The translations under genes were made by a program, and so were the position numbers. The notes under the pieces were generated by a model. It searched no databases and was not told where the DNA came from. It saw nothing but the letters and a program-made list of their open reading frames with translations. This document shows, one piece after another, positions 47,464 through 57,353 of a stretch of 64,000 nt of DNA. The stretch is from a virus: positions 1-64,000 of IMG/VR virus record IMGVR_UViG_3300037424_002120. The stretch is one strand, 5' to 3'. Position 1 is the first letter of the stretch. Each line of letters begins with the position of its first letter.

Positions 47464-48348
47464 ATGCCAAGACAAAAAGGACAGAAGAAAGATGAGAGCC
47501 TTCAAGCTTTAGAGCGTATTAAGAGAACGCACTATACAGCGCAAGAGGCTTATACACACCTCGGATTTACAAGAGATGCATTTAATAGCTACGTACGCCG
47601 CAATCCTGATGATTTCGGTTACACAGTCTTCTTCGGAGGCTATGGGTACTATCGAAAGGACAGAATTGATAGCATCAAAGAGCGATTTGAGGCGATCATC
47701 ATGACAGCAGAGAGCAGTAGATTTGAGTTCAGGCCTGCCAGCATCGAAGACCTTGCATTGGAGGATCACATGGCCTATCTCAACTTTGGAGATGGGTCAA
47801 GATCACCGGAAAGAAATGCAAGCAGGCGTAGATACCTAGAAGTAAACCCGCTTACTTCCTTCCATCTCTACAATCTAGGGACTCTTGTTGCTCTTATTAA
47901 TCTCGTTCCATTGAAGCATGAGGCTATCCTTGAGTTCAGGCAAGGAAAGAGAGGATGGATGTTTACCAATGAGATGATAGAGCAATATGAGCCAGGGCAT
48001 CCATTAGAACTAATCGTGATTGATTTAGCCACTCTCACGAACACAGCCCCTGAGAAACGTACCAGATATGCAGGATACCTCCTGCACAAACTTGCTGGTC
48101 AACTTGCAAAATGGGGAAGCCAGGGAATTGATATTAAAAGTATTGATGCCTGTGGAGGAACACCTGACGGTAGAAGAATACTCGAACACGCGGGATTTGA
48201 TCACATAGGCACCTATAAAATTCCCGCAATTGGAAAGCCTGAAGTAATGTCAGATCGACCAATGTACCGTTTAGATATAGATGCATCTGATAGTGTGTTG
48301 TTACATCCCTACAAGAAAGCACTGCAAAAATGGAAGGAAGCAAACTAG
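47464..48348 (+). CDS. HTH plus GNAT-like regulator (putative repressor)
   Basis: YTAQEAYTHLG HTH; C-terminal T..GRRILEHAGF GNAT-like motif; terminator near 48348-48380. Confidence 0.7.
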   Translation: MPRQKGQKKDESLQALERIKRTHYTAQEAYTHLGFTRDAFNSYVRRNPDDFGYTVFFGGYGYYRKDRIDSIKERFEAIIMTAESSRFEFRPASIEDLALEDHMAYLNFGDGSRSPERNASRRRYLEVNPLTSFHLYNLGTLVALINLVPLKHEAILEFRQGKRGWMFTNEMIEQYEPGHPLELIVIDLATLTNTAPEKRTRYAGYLLHKLAGQLAKWGSQGIDIKSIDACGGTPDGRRILEHAGFDHIGTYKIPAIGKPEVMSDRPMYRLDIDASDSVLLHPYKKALQKWKEAN

Positions 48349-48550
48349 CCCAACCCGCCGATTATGGCGGGTTGTTTTTTCTCTTGACTATGCCTGTACC
48401 ATATGATACAATTGACACATAAATCACAACCAACACAAATGGCATCTAAGTTGTGACAACAAAAAACGCCCCCTCTGGTGAGACAGAGAGAGCGGTATTC
48501 CGAAGCTCAACAAAGCTTCAAGTTTTCTTCTTAGGAGAATTATACCATAC

Positions 48551-50785
48551 ATGAAAAATGCGATACAAGATCTCCCACAACTTGTTAGCAAGGCTATAGC
48601 CCTTGGGTGGTCGATCATCCCCGTTGGATTGGACAAAAAGCCGCTCTTCAAATGGAAACAATATCAAACAGAGCGTCCTACTGCTGAGCAGATAATCCAG
48701 TGGCAGAAGCAATATAACCCACCAGCGTGGGCTGTCATCACAGGCTCTATCAGTAATCTCATTATCCTTGACGGCGACGGTACGCCCGGGAAAGAGACAT
48801 TTGAGCAGTTAGGTATTAATCCGCATAGGCAGACTGGCTCAGGAGGTTTTCACTGCGATTTTGAGCATCCTGGCTGGCATGTCCCCACGCTGAATAGCAA
48901 ATCCAAGAAGGAACTGGGGGAGCGGTGGCCAGGTCTCGATATACGAGGCGACGGCGGCTATGCGATCTTTTGTGGTAAGAATGCATCTGGAGAGTATATT
49001 TGGATGCGGAAGCTTGGGGAACTGGATAGCTTAGATGTGCTTACCAAAGATTTGCGTAATTTCCTAGGATTACTCTATCCTCCAGAAGAAAAGACAAGGC
49101 GTTCCATAGCCGATATGGCACTTGAGAAGTATCTAAACGATGCTTCTATGATAGGGCGCGATAATGCTTGCTTCAAACTTGCTAAGCAGTTGCATGACAA
49201 TGACTATTCGCAATCTGATGCTGAGGGTTATTGTATGGAGTTTGCTAGACGCGTTCATACCACGAACCAGAAAGGCGACATAGAGCACTTCACTGAAGAG
49301 GATGCACGGGCTAAAGTTTCTTCTGCCTACTCCTATACCAAACGTGAGCCTTGGTCTAGTACGACCAAATACATTCCTCGCCAGCAAGAGCATTCCTCAA
49401 ACGGGAATAGCAAAAACTCACAGACGACTCCAGAGGATTTATGCAGCTTCACTGAAGACGATGCTGGTAATGGGGACGCGCTATATGCGCTCTACGGTCA
49501 AGACTTTCTCTTCTGCCCATCACGAGGTTGGTTCAAATACACAGGTACCCATTGGAAGCTAGATACAGATGGCTCTGAGATCAAGAAATATGCTGTCGAT
49601 ACTCTACGCAAACGCAGGCACGCTGCTGTTGACTTAGGGAAAGAAGCTATTATCAAATGCACCAAAGGAGACGAGGGGCGCGTAAACGGTTGTGTCAGTC
49701 GTTTTAGGACACTAGTGAATGTCAGCATTGAAGAGTTCGATAAAAATCCCGATGTTATCAATTGCAAAAATGGAGTAGTAAGCTTGCGGACAGGGGAGAT
49801 CGAACCTCACAGCAAAGACCAACGCTTCACCTACTGCATACCAGTTGATTATGATGGGTACGCTATATGTTTTGAGTGGTTAAAGTTCCTAAATAGCGTA
49901 GTAGGTGGGGGAAGAGAAGTTATTGACTATCTTCAAGAGGCCGCTGGGTACTCTCTCACGGGTCATACCAGTGAGGAGATACTTCACTACCTGTATGGAC
50001 CCCCTAGAAGCGGGAAAGGCACCTTTGCAGAGGTTTTCATGGCTATCCTGCCTAGTCCTATCTCCACTATGGTGGATTTTAACTCATTTACAGCAAAACG
50101 CGAGGGGGATATAAGTAACTTTGATCTAGCACCTCTTAAACCATCTCGAATGATCTTTGCTAGTGAAAGCAATCGTAGCCAGTCGCTTAACCCTGCCAAG
50201 ATCAAACAGCTCACTGGAGGGGATCACATTCGCGCTTGCTTCAAGCACAAAGACTTTTTCGAGTACCGACCTCAATTCAAAGTGTGGATGATGAGTAACC
50301 ACCCAGTGAATGGAGATCCTGAAGATGATGCACTATGGGGGCGCGTTCGTGTCATTGAATTCCCTAATAGCTTCTTGGGGAATGAAGACAAAGCCAAGAA
50401 GACCAGAATGAAGGAAGAAGAGTCTCTAAAAGGTATTCTTGCTTGGGCTGTTGAAGGTGCAATGAATTGGTATATGAGAGGAACTACCGGATTGTCTACT
50501 CCTACAGTTGTTGCAGAGACTACTAGAAAGCAACGTGAAGAGCTGGACTATATACAACAGTGGCTTGAGGAAGTTTGCGATCAAGATAAAGATGCATGGA
50601 CATCCAATGAGGTGGTTATCACGAGCTACCTAGGCTGGTGTAAAAATAACAACGTTCAGTATCCTAAAGGGCCTAAAGCGCTTGCTCAAAGTCTAAAGGC
50701 AAAAGGGTATGAAGTAGGAGTGTCAAAATGGGGAGATGGTAAGACAAAACGAGGCGTGAGCGGCCTTCGCGTCTCTGGAGTTTAG
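48551..50785 (+). CDS. Bifunctional Prim-Pol primase fused to a D5/P4-type SF3 helicase
   Basis: KKP..KWK, ILDGD, TGSGGFH, DIRGDGGY; GRDN; D5_N; GPPRSGKGT, IKQLTGGD. Confidence 0.92.
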   Translation: MKNAIQDLPQLVSKAIALGWSIIPVGLDKKPLFKWKQYQTERPTAEQIIQWQKQYNPPAWAVITGSISNLIILDGDGTPGKETFEQLGINPHRQTGSGGFHCDFEHPGWHVPTLNSKSKKELGERWPGLDIRGDGGYAIFCGKNASGEYIWMRKLGELDSLDVLTKDLRNFLGLLYPPEEKTRRSIADMALEKYLNDASMIGRDNACFKLAKQLHDNDYSQSDAEGYCMEFARRVHTTNQKGDIEHFTEEDARAKVSSAYSYTKREPWSSTTKYIPRQQEHSSNGNSKNSQTTPEDLCSFTEDDAGNGDALYALYGQDFLFCPSRGWFKYTGTHWKLDTDGSEIKKYAVDTLRKRRHAAVDLGKEAIIKCTKGDEGRVNGCVSRFRTLVNVSIEEFDKNPDVINCKNGVVSLRTGEIEPHSKDQRFTYCIPVDYDGYAICFEWLKFLNSVVGGGREVIDYLQEAAGYSLTGHTSEEILHYLYGPPRSGKGTFAEVFMAILPSPISTMVDFNSFTAKREGDISNFDLAPLKPSRMIFASESNRSQSLNPAKIKQLTGGDHIRACFKHKDFFEYRPQFKVWMMSNHPVNGDPEDDALWGRVRVIEFPNSFLGNEDKAKKTRMKEEESLKGILAWAVEGAMNWYMRGTTGLSTPTVVAETTRKQREELDYIQQWLEEVCDQDKDAWTSNEVVITSYLGWCKNNNVQYPKGPKALAQSLKAKGYEVGVSKWGDGKTKRGVSGLRVSGV

Positions 50786-50786
50786 A

Positions 50787-50889
50787 CCTTACACATTACA
50801 GATCTTACACTTGGTTTCCGTGAAGATTTTTTCCTAAATTCTACGTAAGCAAAACCCATATTCATCTGTAAGATCTGTAATGTGTAAGG
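50787..50889. repeat. 23-bp inverted repeat built of TTACA units around an AT-rich core; putative origin
   Basis: CCTTACACATTACAGATCTTACA ... TGTAAGATCTGTAATGTGTAAGG immediately after the primase-helicase stop. Confidence 0.7.
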
Positions 50890-50923
50890 AATTATTGTCA
50901 AGTTCAAAGAAGGAGAAACCAAC

Positions 50924-51250
50924 ATGAAAACGACTGAGGAGATTCAGCCAAACTACGCACCAATATATGCTTGTGCTCTCTATCCTAAGCTTTGCAAGCT
51001 GTTTCAAAAGCACGGGTATGCTCTTGCCATTCACGGGAGTTTAGCAAGAGATTTTGATGTAATTGCAATACCATGGGGAGAGAAGCTATCAAGCCCAGAT
51101 GATGTAATCAAAGAAATGACAGAGAAATTCGTTTTTAGGCAAATTGGAGAGCCAGACGAAAAACGCTATGGCAGGATTGCATTCTCCATCTCGATAGGAT
51201 TTGGAGAATGCGCTTTGGATTTATCATTTTTCCCTAGTACTATCCAATAG
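50924..51250 (+). CDS. Minimal nucleotidyltransferase-like protein
   Basis: HGSLARDFDVIA (GS..xDxD) and a third Asp in LDLS; SD AAGGAG. Confidence 0.55.
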   Translation: MKTTEEIQPNYAPIYACALYPKLCKLFQKHGYALAIHGSLARDFDVIAIPWGEKLSSPDDVIKEMTEKFVFRQIGEPDEKRYGRIAFSISIGFGECALDLSFFPSTIQ

Positions 51251-51340
51251 TGCTGAGAGCCACGAGAGAGCCGCTGTGGATGCAAAGCACTGCCAAGTAC
51301 TGCTCAGCAGTCGATGCTAGCACAGCGGCTTTGTAGATAG

Positions 51341-51604
51341 CTAGAAGCCCAATAGCTGCATGATCTCCTTAGCTATCTTGGGTTTCACCAAGTCCGCACG
51401 CAGTTGATCGCCGCTTTGAGCGTGGAAGACAAGGCTGGCACCGCCTCCAAAGCCAAATACAGACGGAATGGTGAGATTATAATCAATCGCTACAATGGCT
51501 GATCTGACCATTGTACGGCTCTCCAGACCAGCAAGATGGATGCGTACAACCTGATCGGTGACAATCAATTCGCCTTGCTTAGATACTGTTTTGATCAGTT
51601 CCAT
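51341..51604 (-). CDS. Small beta-rich (PH-like) hypothetical protein
   Basis: SD GGAGG; GELIVTDQ...LVFH pattern. Confidence 0.45.
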   Translation of the reverse strand: MELIKTVSKQGELIVTDQVVRIHLAGLESRTMVRSAIVAIDYNLTIPSVFGFGGGASLVFHAQSGDQLRADLVKPKIAKEIMQLLGF

Positions 51605-52115
51605 CACGTCCCTCCAATTCTGTCTATAGATCAAACTTGTGGAGGCTTGCGAGATGCTGATGGCCCGCCGCGTCCTGTCTATCTGGCGTCCACCACCCAC
51701 ACTCCTTGCACGTATAACCCTTTACATTCACGCATTGCATTAAACACAAAATAAAAACGGTGATAACTATTAGAGCAACAATAGCCATAGGATCGCAGCC
51801 AGCAATTAATACAGGCTGTGGCGTGCTACCAGCAACGTCCAGAGCAGATTGAGAGACGCTTGCAGGGCCTCCTCCTGCGATAACGAGTAACATCAACACG
51901 AGAAATACTTTCCGTTTCTGTAGAACTAAATATCAACATACGCCAATTCGGCAATGTGTTCGACGAGTAGCAGTGGCACTTGTAACTAGACGGGACAAAG
52001 TGGCTAGGGCGCATCAGGGGTGAAATTTTCATAGGTGAAAGATGCAGGGGATGTTTCGCGGCACAAAAAAGCCGCCATCACATAACGATGGCGGCTTTTA
52101 ATTGATCAGGACACT

Positions 52116-52673
52116 CTACTTGCTTTTTAGCAAATGAGACTCTAAAGCGTCAACAGCTTCGACTAGCGTCATCGGCTCTGATGCTAGGAGCCTATTGGCG
52201 TGGATTGGATACCAGATCTTGGCATCCGCTGCGATATTTAGAACTTGCCGACGCCGTGGTCTCTGCTGCTCTTCTTCTTCCTCGTCGTACTCTTCAAGAT
52301 CCTCGTGGGATGTTTTAATCTCAACAATGTCCCAGTTTGCATCGAACAGATCTTCAGTAAATCCGTGCTGTGTGTGCAGATTGTGCGTACACATCTGAAT
52401 TTCAGCATAGCCGTTTCGTACTTCAAAATCAACATACTTGTACGCACTAAGTGAAGGACGTTTCTTTGCTCTGCATATTGCTCTAAGACTGTCGGTGAGC
52501 TGCTGTTCAGCATCAGCACTTTTGCATGCTGACTGTGCAATGACAGCCTGTGCAGCAGCTCTCGCTTGCTTGTTGTAAGAGTTCGCTGCTAACCAGCGAA
52601 CATAGCTCTCGTCGCTCTCGAAAACGCTCTCGATTGTAGAACCTTTATACTTGCCGAATGTCAAGGTATACAT
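52116..52673 (-). CDS. Protein with an N-terminal FGKYKG (DUF3820/ExoX-C-like) domain
   Basis: LTFGKYKG.TI..V......YVRWL; SD GAAAGG. Confidence 0.65.
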   Translation of the reverse strand: MYTLTFGKYKGSTIESVFESDESYVRWLAANSYNKQARAAAQAVIAQSACKSADAEQQLTDSLRAICRAKKRPSLSAYKYVDFEVRNGYAEIQMCTHNLHTQHGFTEDLFDANWDIVEIKTSHEDLEEYDEEEEEQQRPRRRQVLNIAADAKIWYPIHANRLLASEPMTLVEAVDALESHLLKSK

Positions 52674-52819
52674 TGTTTTGCCTTTCTATGCGTCTTGCAG
52701 GACATCCAGGTTCATTTTTGTTCTCCAGGCAACACGCCACGACAACCAGGAGGCACATAGGCAGTGTAGCATGCACCGGTGGTAGAATGCGAGAAATATA
52801 GAGCCAGAAAGGACTATCT

Positions 52820-53871
52820 ATGCCATTTCCAACGCCAATAGCAGAGCAGGAATGCATAACCATCGATGGCAAGCAAGAGCCGATTATATCATTCATGCCT
52901 GATAGAGTACCACCAGCATCACGAGATGTTGACGAAGATCAGTACTCATTAATAAAGGAGCGGCTTAATGCGTACGGCTATGTCGTTGCTGATATTAGTG
53001 ACAACATCATGCACATCAGCAGACCGCATAGCACCTATTTCACGTCTTCAGTCTATTGCAGGACCGATATGCTCGTTGGCATGTCAAAATGCACAAAAGA
53101 GGATGCTGACTTTGCGGAGTGTGTAAGAGCTTGCTTTAGAGCAGCGTTCAATGCAAAAGTGGCAGTACGCTAGGTGCGTTATAGCTGCAACGGACCTATT
53201 GCATCTGAAAGGACAACAATGAGCACCGATCCAGAAGCAAAGTTCTTCTATGGATATATCAAATCTGTAGATGAATTTGAAGCGTGCGATAATGACCGTG
53301 AGTATACACCATGGGACAAGTCGCATACAAAGAGCGCTCATGGATGCACTGTAGATCTCTACGGTTCCAGTGAAAATCTTGGGTATTTTTTGGCCGTTGA
53401 GGAGAGTCTTTATACGGCAGAGTGGGATACCGTTAAAACCATTGATATTATAGAACTCAGTGCAAAGCCTATAGATCTGCACTGGGACGAGATGCTGCAT
53501 AATGCCGCTAACGAGTTTGGCATTGATATTGCAGAATTAGCATTGGGGTGGCATCTTGTGTGTTTGTATTTTTAGCAGAAAGGGCAAACAAGTAGATGGG
53601 TAACAGCAGAAACACTCAATTTTCAGGCTTTGCAAAGCTTCTGATGAACGAACTTCTCGGAGATGCTGGATATATCGATGTTTGCAGACATGGAGATGCT
53701 GAAGCAATTGAAGAAATGGAGGAAACTATAGCACGTAGAGCGTACGATTTTGTACTGCATGTTGTGTCAAATATTGTGCCTAATGATATACAACAATCCA
53801 CCAACCAGAAATCGATTGCTGAGATTGTTGAGACTATACCAGATATGACCAAGTGGCCTGATATAGATTAA
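52820..53871 (+). CDS. Three acidic hypothetical genes (52820-53173, 53219-53575, 53596-53871)
   Basis: GAAAGG SD before each; terminator near 53890-53930. Confidence 0.6.
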
Positions 53872-54135
53872 TGCCGCAATTGTCTAAGCAAAAGCCACCA
53901 GGAGAGCGATGCTTTGTCTGGTGGCTTTTGTGCTGTAACATGTCTAAACGACAAAAGGACTACACATTACAACTGGAGCCAAGCCTAGCACAGGCTGGCT
54001 AGGCTTGCAACTAGGAGAGCATAGAGATGTGCTCTTTTTTGTGTCTAAAGAACACTTGTCTCATTGACACGCTTTGGCACATTATTGTATTTTCAATGCA
54101 AGATAATGTGCAAAAACGAAAGCGGTATTTCAAGT

Positions 54136-54465
54136 ATGCCATGCGACAAAGAGTGCTATCCTGCCAATTGGGATGAAATAGCAAGAGAGCGCAAAGAGCA
54201 AGCGGGATGGACATGTGATCACTGTGGTGCAAAACACGGAACATCACACTGGAGCAAGACAAAACGACGTTTCTATACTGTATGCCTTGCAGCTGCACAC
54301 CTCGACCACGATACGGCTAATCCTGATGCGAGGCTTGCTGTGCTATGCCAGCCGTGTCACTTGAAGTACGACGGCAAGCAACACTGGCGTACACGGCGCA
54401 AAAATGCACACACTAAGGCGGTACAAGCGGGGCAATTGATGCTTTTCGGCAGTGGCACCGATTGA
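54136..54465 (+). CDS. HNH endonuclease
   Basis: YPANW...CDHCG...AHLDHD..N...LCQPCH. Confidence 0.8.
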   Translation: MPCDKECYPANWDEIARERKEQAGWTCDHCGAKHGTSHWSKTKRRFYTVCLAAAHLDHDTANPDARLAVLCQPCHLKYDGKQHWRTRRKNAHTKAVQAGQLMLFGSGTD

Positions 54466-54570
54466 CAGCGTGCGCTACACTAAACACACACGTGGAGTTC
54501 GATCTCCCGAGCAGGTACCAAGTTTCAACTACATTGGGCACCTGCTCTTTTTTGTGCTCTCCAAAGATGC

Positions 54571-54680
54571 ACAACGAGTTTTACAAGTCTTCAAAATTGG
54601 TCACTAAATCTATTGACAACAGTGCGAAGATGTGGTATTATTCAATTGTAGTCAAACGCGACTACAAAACAAAAAAATAA
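54571..54680 (+). promoter_or_regulatory. Repeated promoter cassette 1
   Basis: GTTTTACAAG leader, TTGACA(54613)-17-TATTAT, hairpin TTGTAGTC/GACTACAA, A-rich tract. Confidence 0.85.
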
Positions 54681-54721
54681 ATGAAGCGTCACCTGAAACT
54701 TGACGCGAAGGAGATCGAACA

Positions 54722-54895
54722 ATGAACTACGAATTAGGAAGAGTTAAAGCAAATGGCGAGTGGGAAACACAAATGGTGAACGTAATACGAGTACAGGAGG
54801 ATGGTAGAAAGATTGGGGACATCTACACAGAGGAAGGTAAGAAGATAGTGGTAAAAGATGCAGATGCCTACTATTGGAAGATTGTAGAAATCTAA
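54722..54895 (+). CDS. 57-aa hypothetical protein (not in the ORF track)
   Basis: SD AAGGAG; MNYELGRVKANGEWETQMV...YWKIVEI; terminator GAGGTTGGGGA/TCCCCAACCTC plus T-tract follows. Confidence 0.75.
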   Translation: MNYELGRVKANGEWETQMVNVIRVQEDGRKIGDIYTEEGKKIVVKDADAYYWKIVEI

Positions 54896-55090
54896 ATCCT
54901 GGAGGTTGGGGAATTGATCCCCAACCTCTTTTTTATGCTCAAATGCCTCTGGTTAAGCACTACAGCCACGCAGTGCAGCGCTGTCGTCGAAGCGGTGGCT
55001 TTCCCCGCGTGCACACTGACAAGGGCCTTGCTGGCCTCCTCGTGCTTTCTTCACCAGCTGTGCACACCGCATAGACACATGGCTAACGGG

Positions 55091-55233
55091 CACAACGGTT
55101 TTTACGAGTTTCTAAAACTGATCAAAAACTGCTCTAAAATCTATTGACAACAGTGCGAAGATGTGGTATTATATTGATAGTGAAGCGAACGAGACTTCAC
55201 AAAATAAAAGCAAAACGAAAGCGAGAAAACAAA
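55091..55233 (+). promoter_or_regulatory. Repeated promoter cassette 2
   Basis: TTGACA(55144)-17-TATTAT identical to cassette 1; hairpin GTGAAG/CTTCAC. Confidence 0.85.
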
Positions 55234-55728
55234 ATGGCAAACATGATTTTAGACTTCGGCAAAAACAAAGGTTTGACGATCGGCGAATGTGATGAGAAGT
55301 ATTTAAAGTGGTTAGTAAGTCACACCAAGGTTCTTGCAGAGCGAAACCGCTGGGCCAGCCGCGATGCACGGTTTGAGCTTGATCGTCGTGAGTGGGCACT
55401 GGAAGAGGCAGCGGCTATCGCGAGAATTGCAGCATTAGAAGCCACGATGGCTCCTGTAGCCGTCGTAGAGCGCAAGAAGATATTCGATGCGCAGTTGTGT
55501 TGTGAAGTGTGGTCGGATACCGGCGAGCGTTGTGTTGCGCAGGTGTGGCTGGAGGGCATTGGTTGGGTTACTCCTCCAGGCTCTGAAGAAGTCGTCGAGG
55601 TTGAGCAAGGACTGAGCTGGTCCTACGCAGTGAGACGCAACAACAGCAAAATGCGCTTGAAGGCTGAAATCAAGAACATCGGTCAGCGCGGGAACCTCAA
55701 CCGCAAAGCCTTCTCAATCCTACGGTGA
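55234..55728 (+). CDS. FGKxKG-domain protein with a C-terminal KAFSILR tail
   Basis: LDFGKNKG.TI..CDEKYLKWL; start lies downstream of the cassette promoter. Confidence 0.7.
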   Translation: MANMILDFGKNKGLTIGECDEKYLKWLVSHTKVLAERNRWASRDARFELDRREWALEEAAAIARIAALEATMAPVAVVERKKIFDAQLCCEVWSDTGERCVAQVWLEGIGWVTPPGSEEVVEVEQGLSWSYAVRRNNSKMRLKAEIKNIGQRGNLNRKAFSILR

Positions 55729-55864
55729 GTGGCTACAGAGGCCTTCACCGCCGCTGGCACTGTTTATTCCATCGCTCGGGTGCAGGACCACTGTTGGCCT
55801 TCTCAATCGCTTTCGTGGGTTCAGGCGCTTGATTGCAACTCACTCCACGCACCTCATTTATTTT

Positions 55865-55997
55865 GCAAAACAAGTTTTACGAGTTTCTGAAAACTGCCGA
55901 AAATTGGTCTAAAATCCATTGACAAGTGTGCGAGGTTATGGTATTATATAAATGTCCCCAAGAGGACAAACAAAAAACGAAAGCGAGAACAAAACAA
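55865..55997 (+). promoter_or_regulatory. Repeated promoter cassette 3
   Basis: TTGACA(55919)-17-TATTAT; hairpin TGTCC/GGACA. Confidence 0.85.
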
Positions 55998-56327
55998 ATG
56001 CTAACAATCAATACCACCTTCTACAGCGAGCCAAGCACCTTCACGGCGGAGTCCTGGGAGCAGGAAGAAGTCGCATACATGAGGAACTCTGACGAGGCAT
56101 ACATTTTCTACGGTAGCGATGCACAAAAAGATGCAGTTGAGGCATTCTTGAGCGATCACTTCGATAGCATGTTCTTGGTGAATGACGACAGGATCTTCAC
56201 TTTCTTCACTAATACACCTCTCACAAACGAGCAGCTCCTCGAAATTGAAGATGCAGGAATTGCATTTGATCGATTTGAGAAATCGAATTACGGGATTTAC
56301 GAATTGATTGATACCGAGGCTGAATAA
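55998..56327 (+). CDS. Very acidic small protein
   Basis: MLTINTTFYSEP...; many Asp/Glu, few Lys/Arg. Confidence 0.7.
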   Translation: MLTINTTFYSEPSTFTAESWEQEEVAYMRNSDEAYIFYGSDAQKDAVEAFLSDHFDSMFLVNDDRIFTFFTNTPLTNEQLLEIEDAGIAFDRFEKSNYGIYELIDTEAE

Positions 56328-56515
56328 GCCTCCCCCTTTCGGGGTGCCCGTGCTTGGGTGGCCAGATTTGCGTTTCACAGCCAAATCTGGCGGCTCCGCT
56401 GACGAGATGGATAATTTCTTCGTGGGCGCATGCGTAGGCCGTCTGCTGCCCTCCTGGCACGCACGGGGCGCTTCTACGCACATCGTTTCCTACGCAGTCC
56501 TCCGTATCATCGGTG

Positions 56516-56648
56516 TGCAAAACAAGTTTTACGAGTTTCTAGAAACTCACCAAATTGCCATCAAAAGTGCTTGACAAGTGTGCGAGGTTATGGTATTATA
56601 TAAATGTCCCCAAGAGGACAAACAAAAAACGAAAGGAGAAAACGAGAG
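56516..56648 (+). promoter_or_regulatory. Repeated promoter cassette 4
   Basis: TTGACA(56571)-17-TATTAT; about 65 bp identical to cassette 3. Confidence 0.85.
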
Positions 56649-56840
56649 ATGATTAAAAAATGTCCAGACTGCACACGCGGGAAGCTCCTAGTAGATAGCC
56701 CCTGTACCCACTGTAAAGGCAGGGGCTACCTTCTAGAAAACAAGATGCCCGTCGAATGCACCAACGGACAATGCAGCTGGGGAGCGGTAAAAGTCCAAGA
56801 GAAATGCGCCCGCTGTAAAGGGAAAGGATGGATTTTCTAA
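56649..56840 (+). CDS. DnaJ-type CxxCxGxG zinc-finger mini-protein
   Basis: CPDCTRG, CTHCKGRG, CARCKGKG. Confidence 0.75.
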   Translation: MIKKCPDCTRGKLLVDSPCTHCKGRGYLLENKMPVECTNGQCSWGAVKVQEKCARCKGKGWIF

Positions 56841-56897
56841 GCCAAGCAGCTCCGGTAGAAATATCGGAGCCCAATTCCCTCATCTCTCAAAAATTTT

Positions 56898-57353
56898 ATG
56901 ATAGAAATTTCAAAAGATCAAGTTTGGGAGGCCACGTTCGACCGCGTGGCGCGTACTGCTGACGGGATGGGCCGTCGCATAGATCTGGGAGTCATGGGCT
57001 TGGTGCTTGCGCTCAATGCCCACGGCGTGCGCACCACAGGCTCGTGTGAGGGCCACATGGATCATGGACACCCATTCCCTTGGGTTTGGGTACCAGAGGC
57101 CGATAGCGGGCTCCTAGTTGCGCTTCTGGGTGCATTCTACGCACGTGGGAGTGTGCCTCGTGACAGGATGCTCACGAGCGGCTACCTCCTAGAGGACACC
57201 TACATCCTCCAGCCCCGTGGTGCCGCTTTGCAGGAGCGTCGTGTTTCCCATGAACGAGCGGTGGTGCTCAAAGAGTATCAGCAAGAGGCGATCCGGTTCG
57301 CTGAGTGGCTTCGTGATCGGTTCTTCGAGGAGGAGGCGTGTCATGCTGCTTAA
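56898..57353 (+). CDS. TYW3-like fold hypothetical protein
   Basis: ID..V..LV.ALN..G..TTGSCEGH. Confidence 0.5.
   Translation: MIEISKDQVWEATFDRVARTADGMGRRIDLGVMGLVLALNAHGVRTTGSCEGHMDHGHPFPWVWVPEADSGLLVALLGAFYARGSVPRDRMLTSGYLLEDTYILQPRGAALQERRVSHERAVVLKEYQQEAIRFAEWLRDRFFEEEACHAA

Noticed and set aside
54492-54553. tRNA 3' half or attP (GGAGTTCGATCTCC...ACCA)
   Set aside because: The T loop is one base short, there is no D arm, and GAGCAGGT/ACCTGCTC plus T-tract is better explained as a terminator
54571-56648. CRISPR array
   Set aside because: Repeats are promoter units over 100 bp long separated by genes, not short repeats with uniform spacers; I saw no CRISPR array in the window
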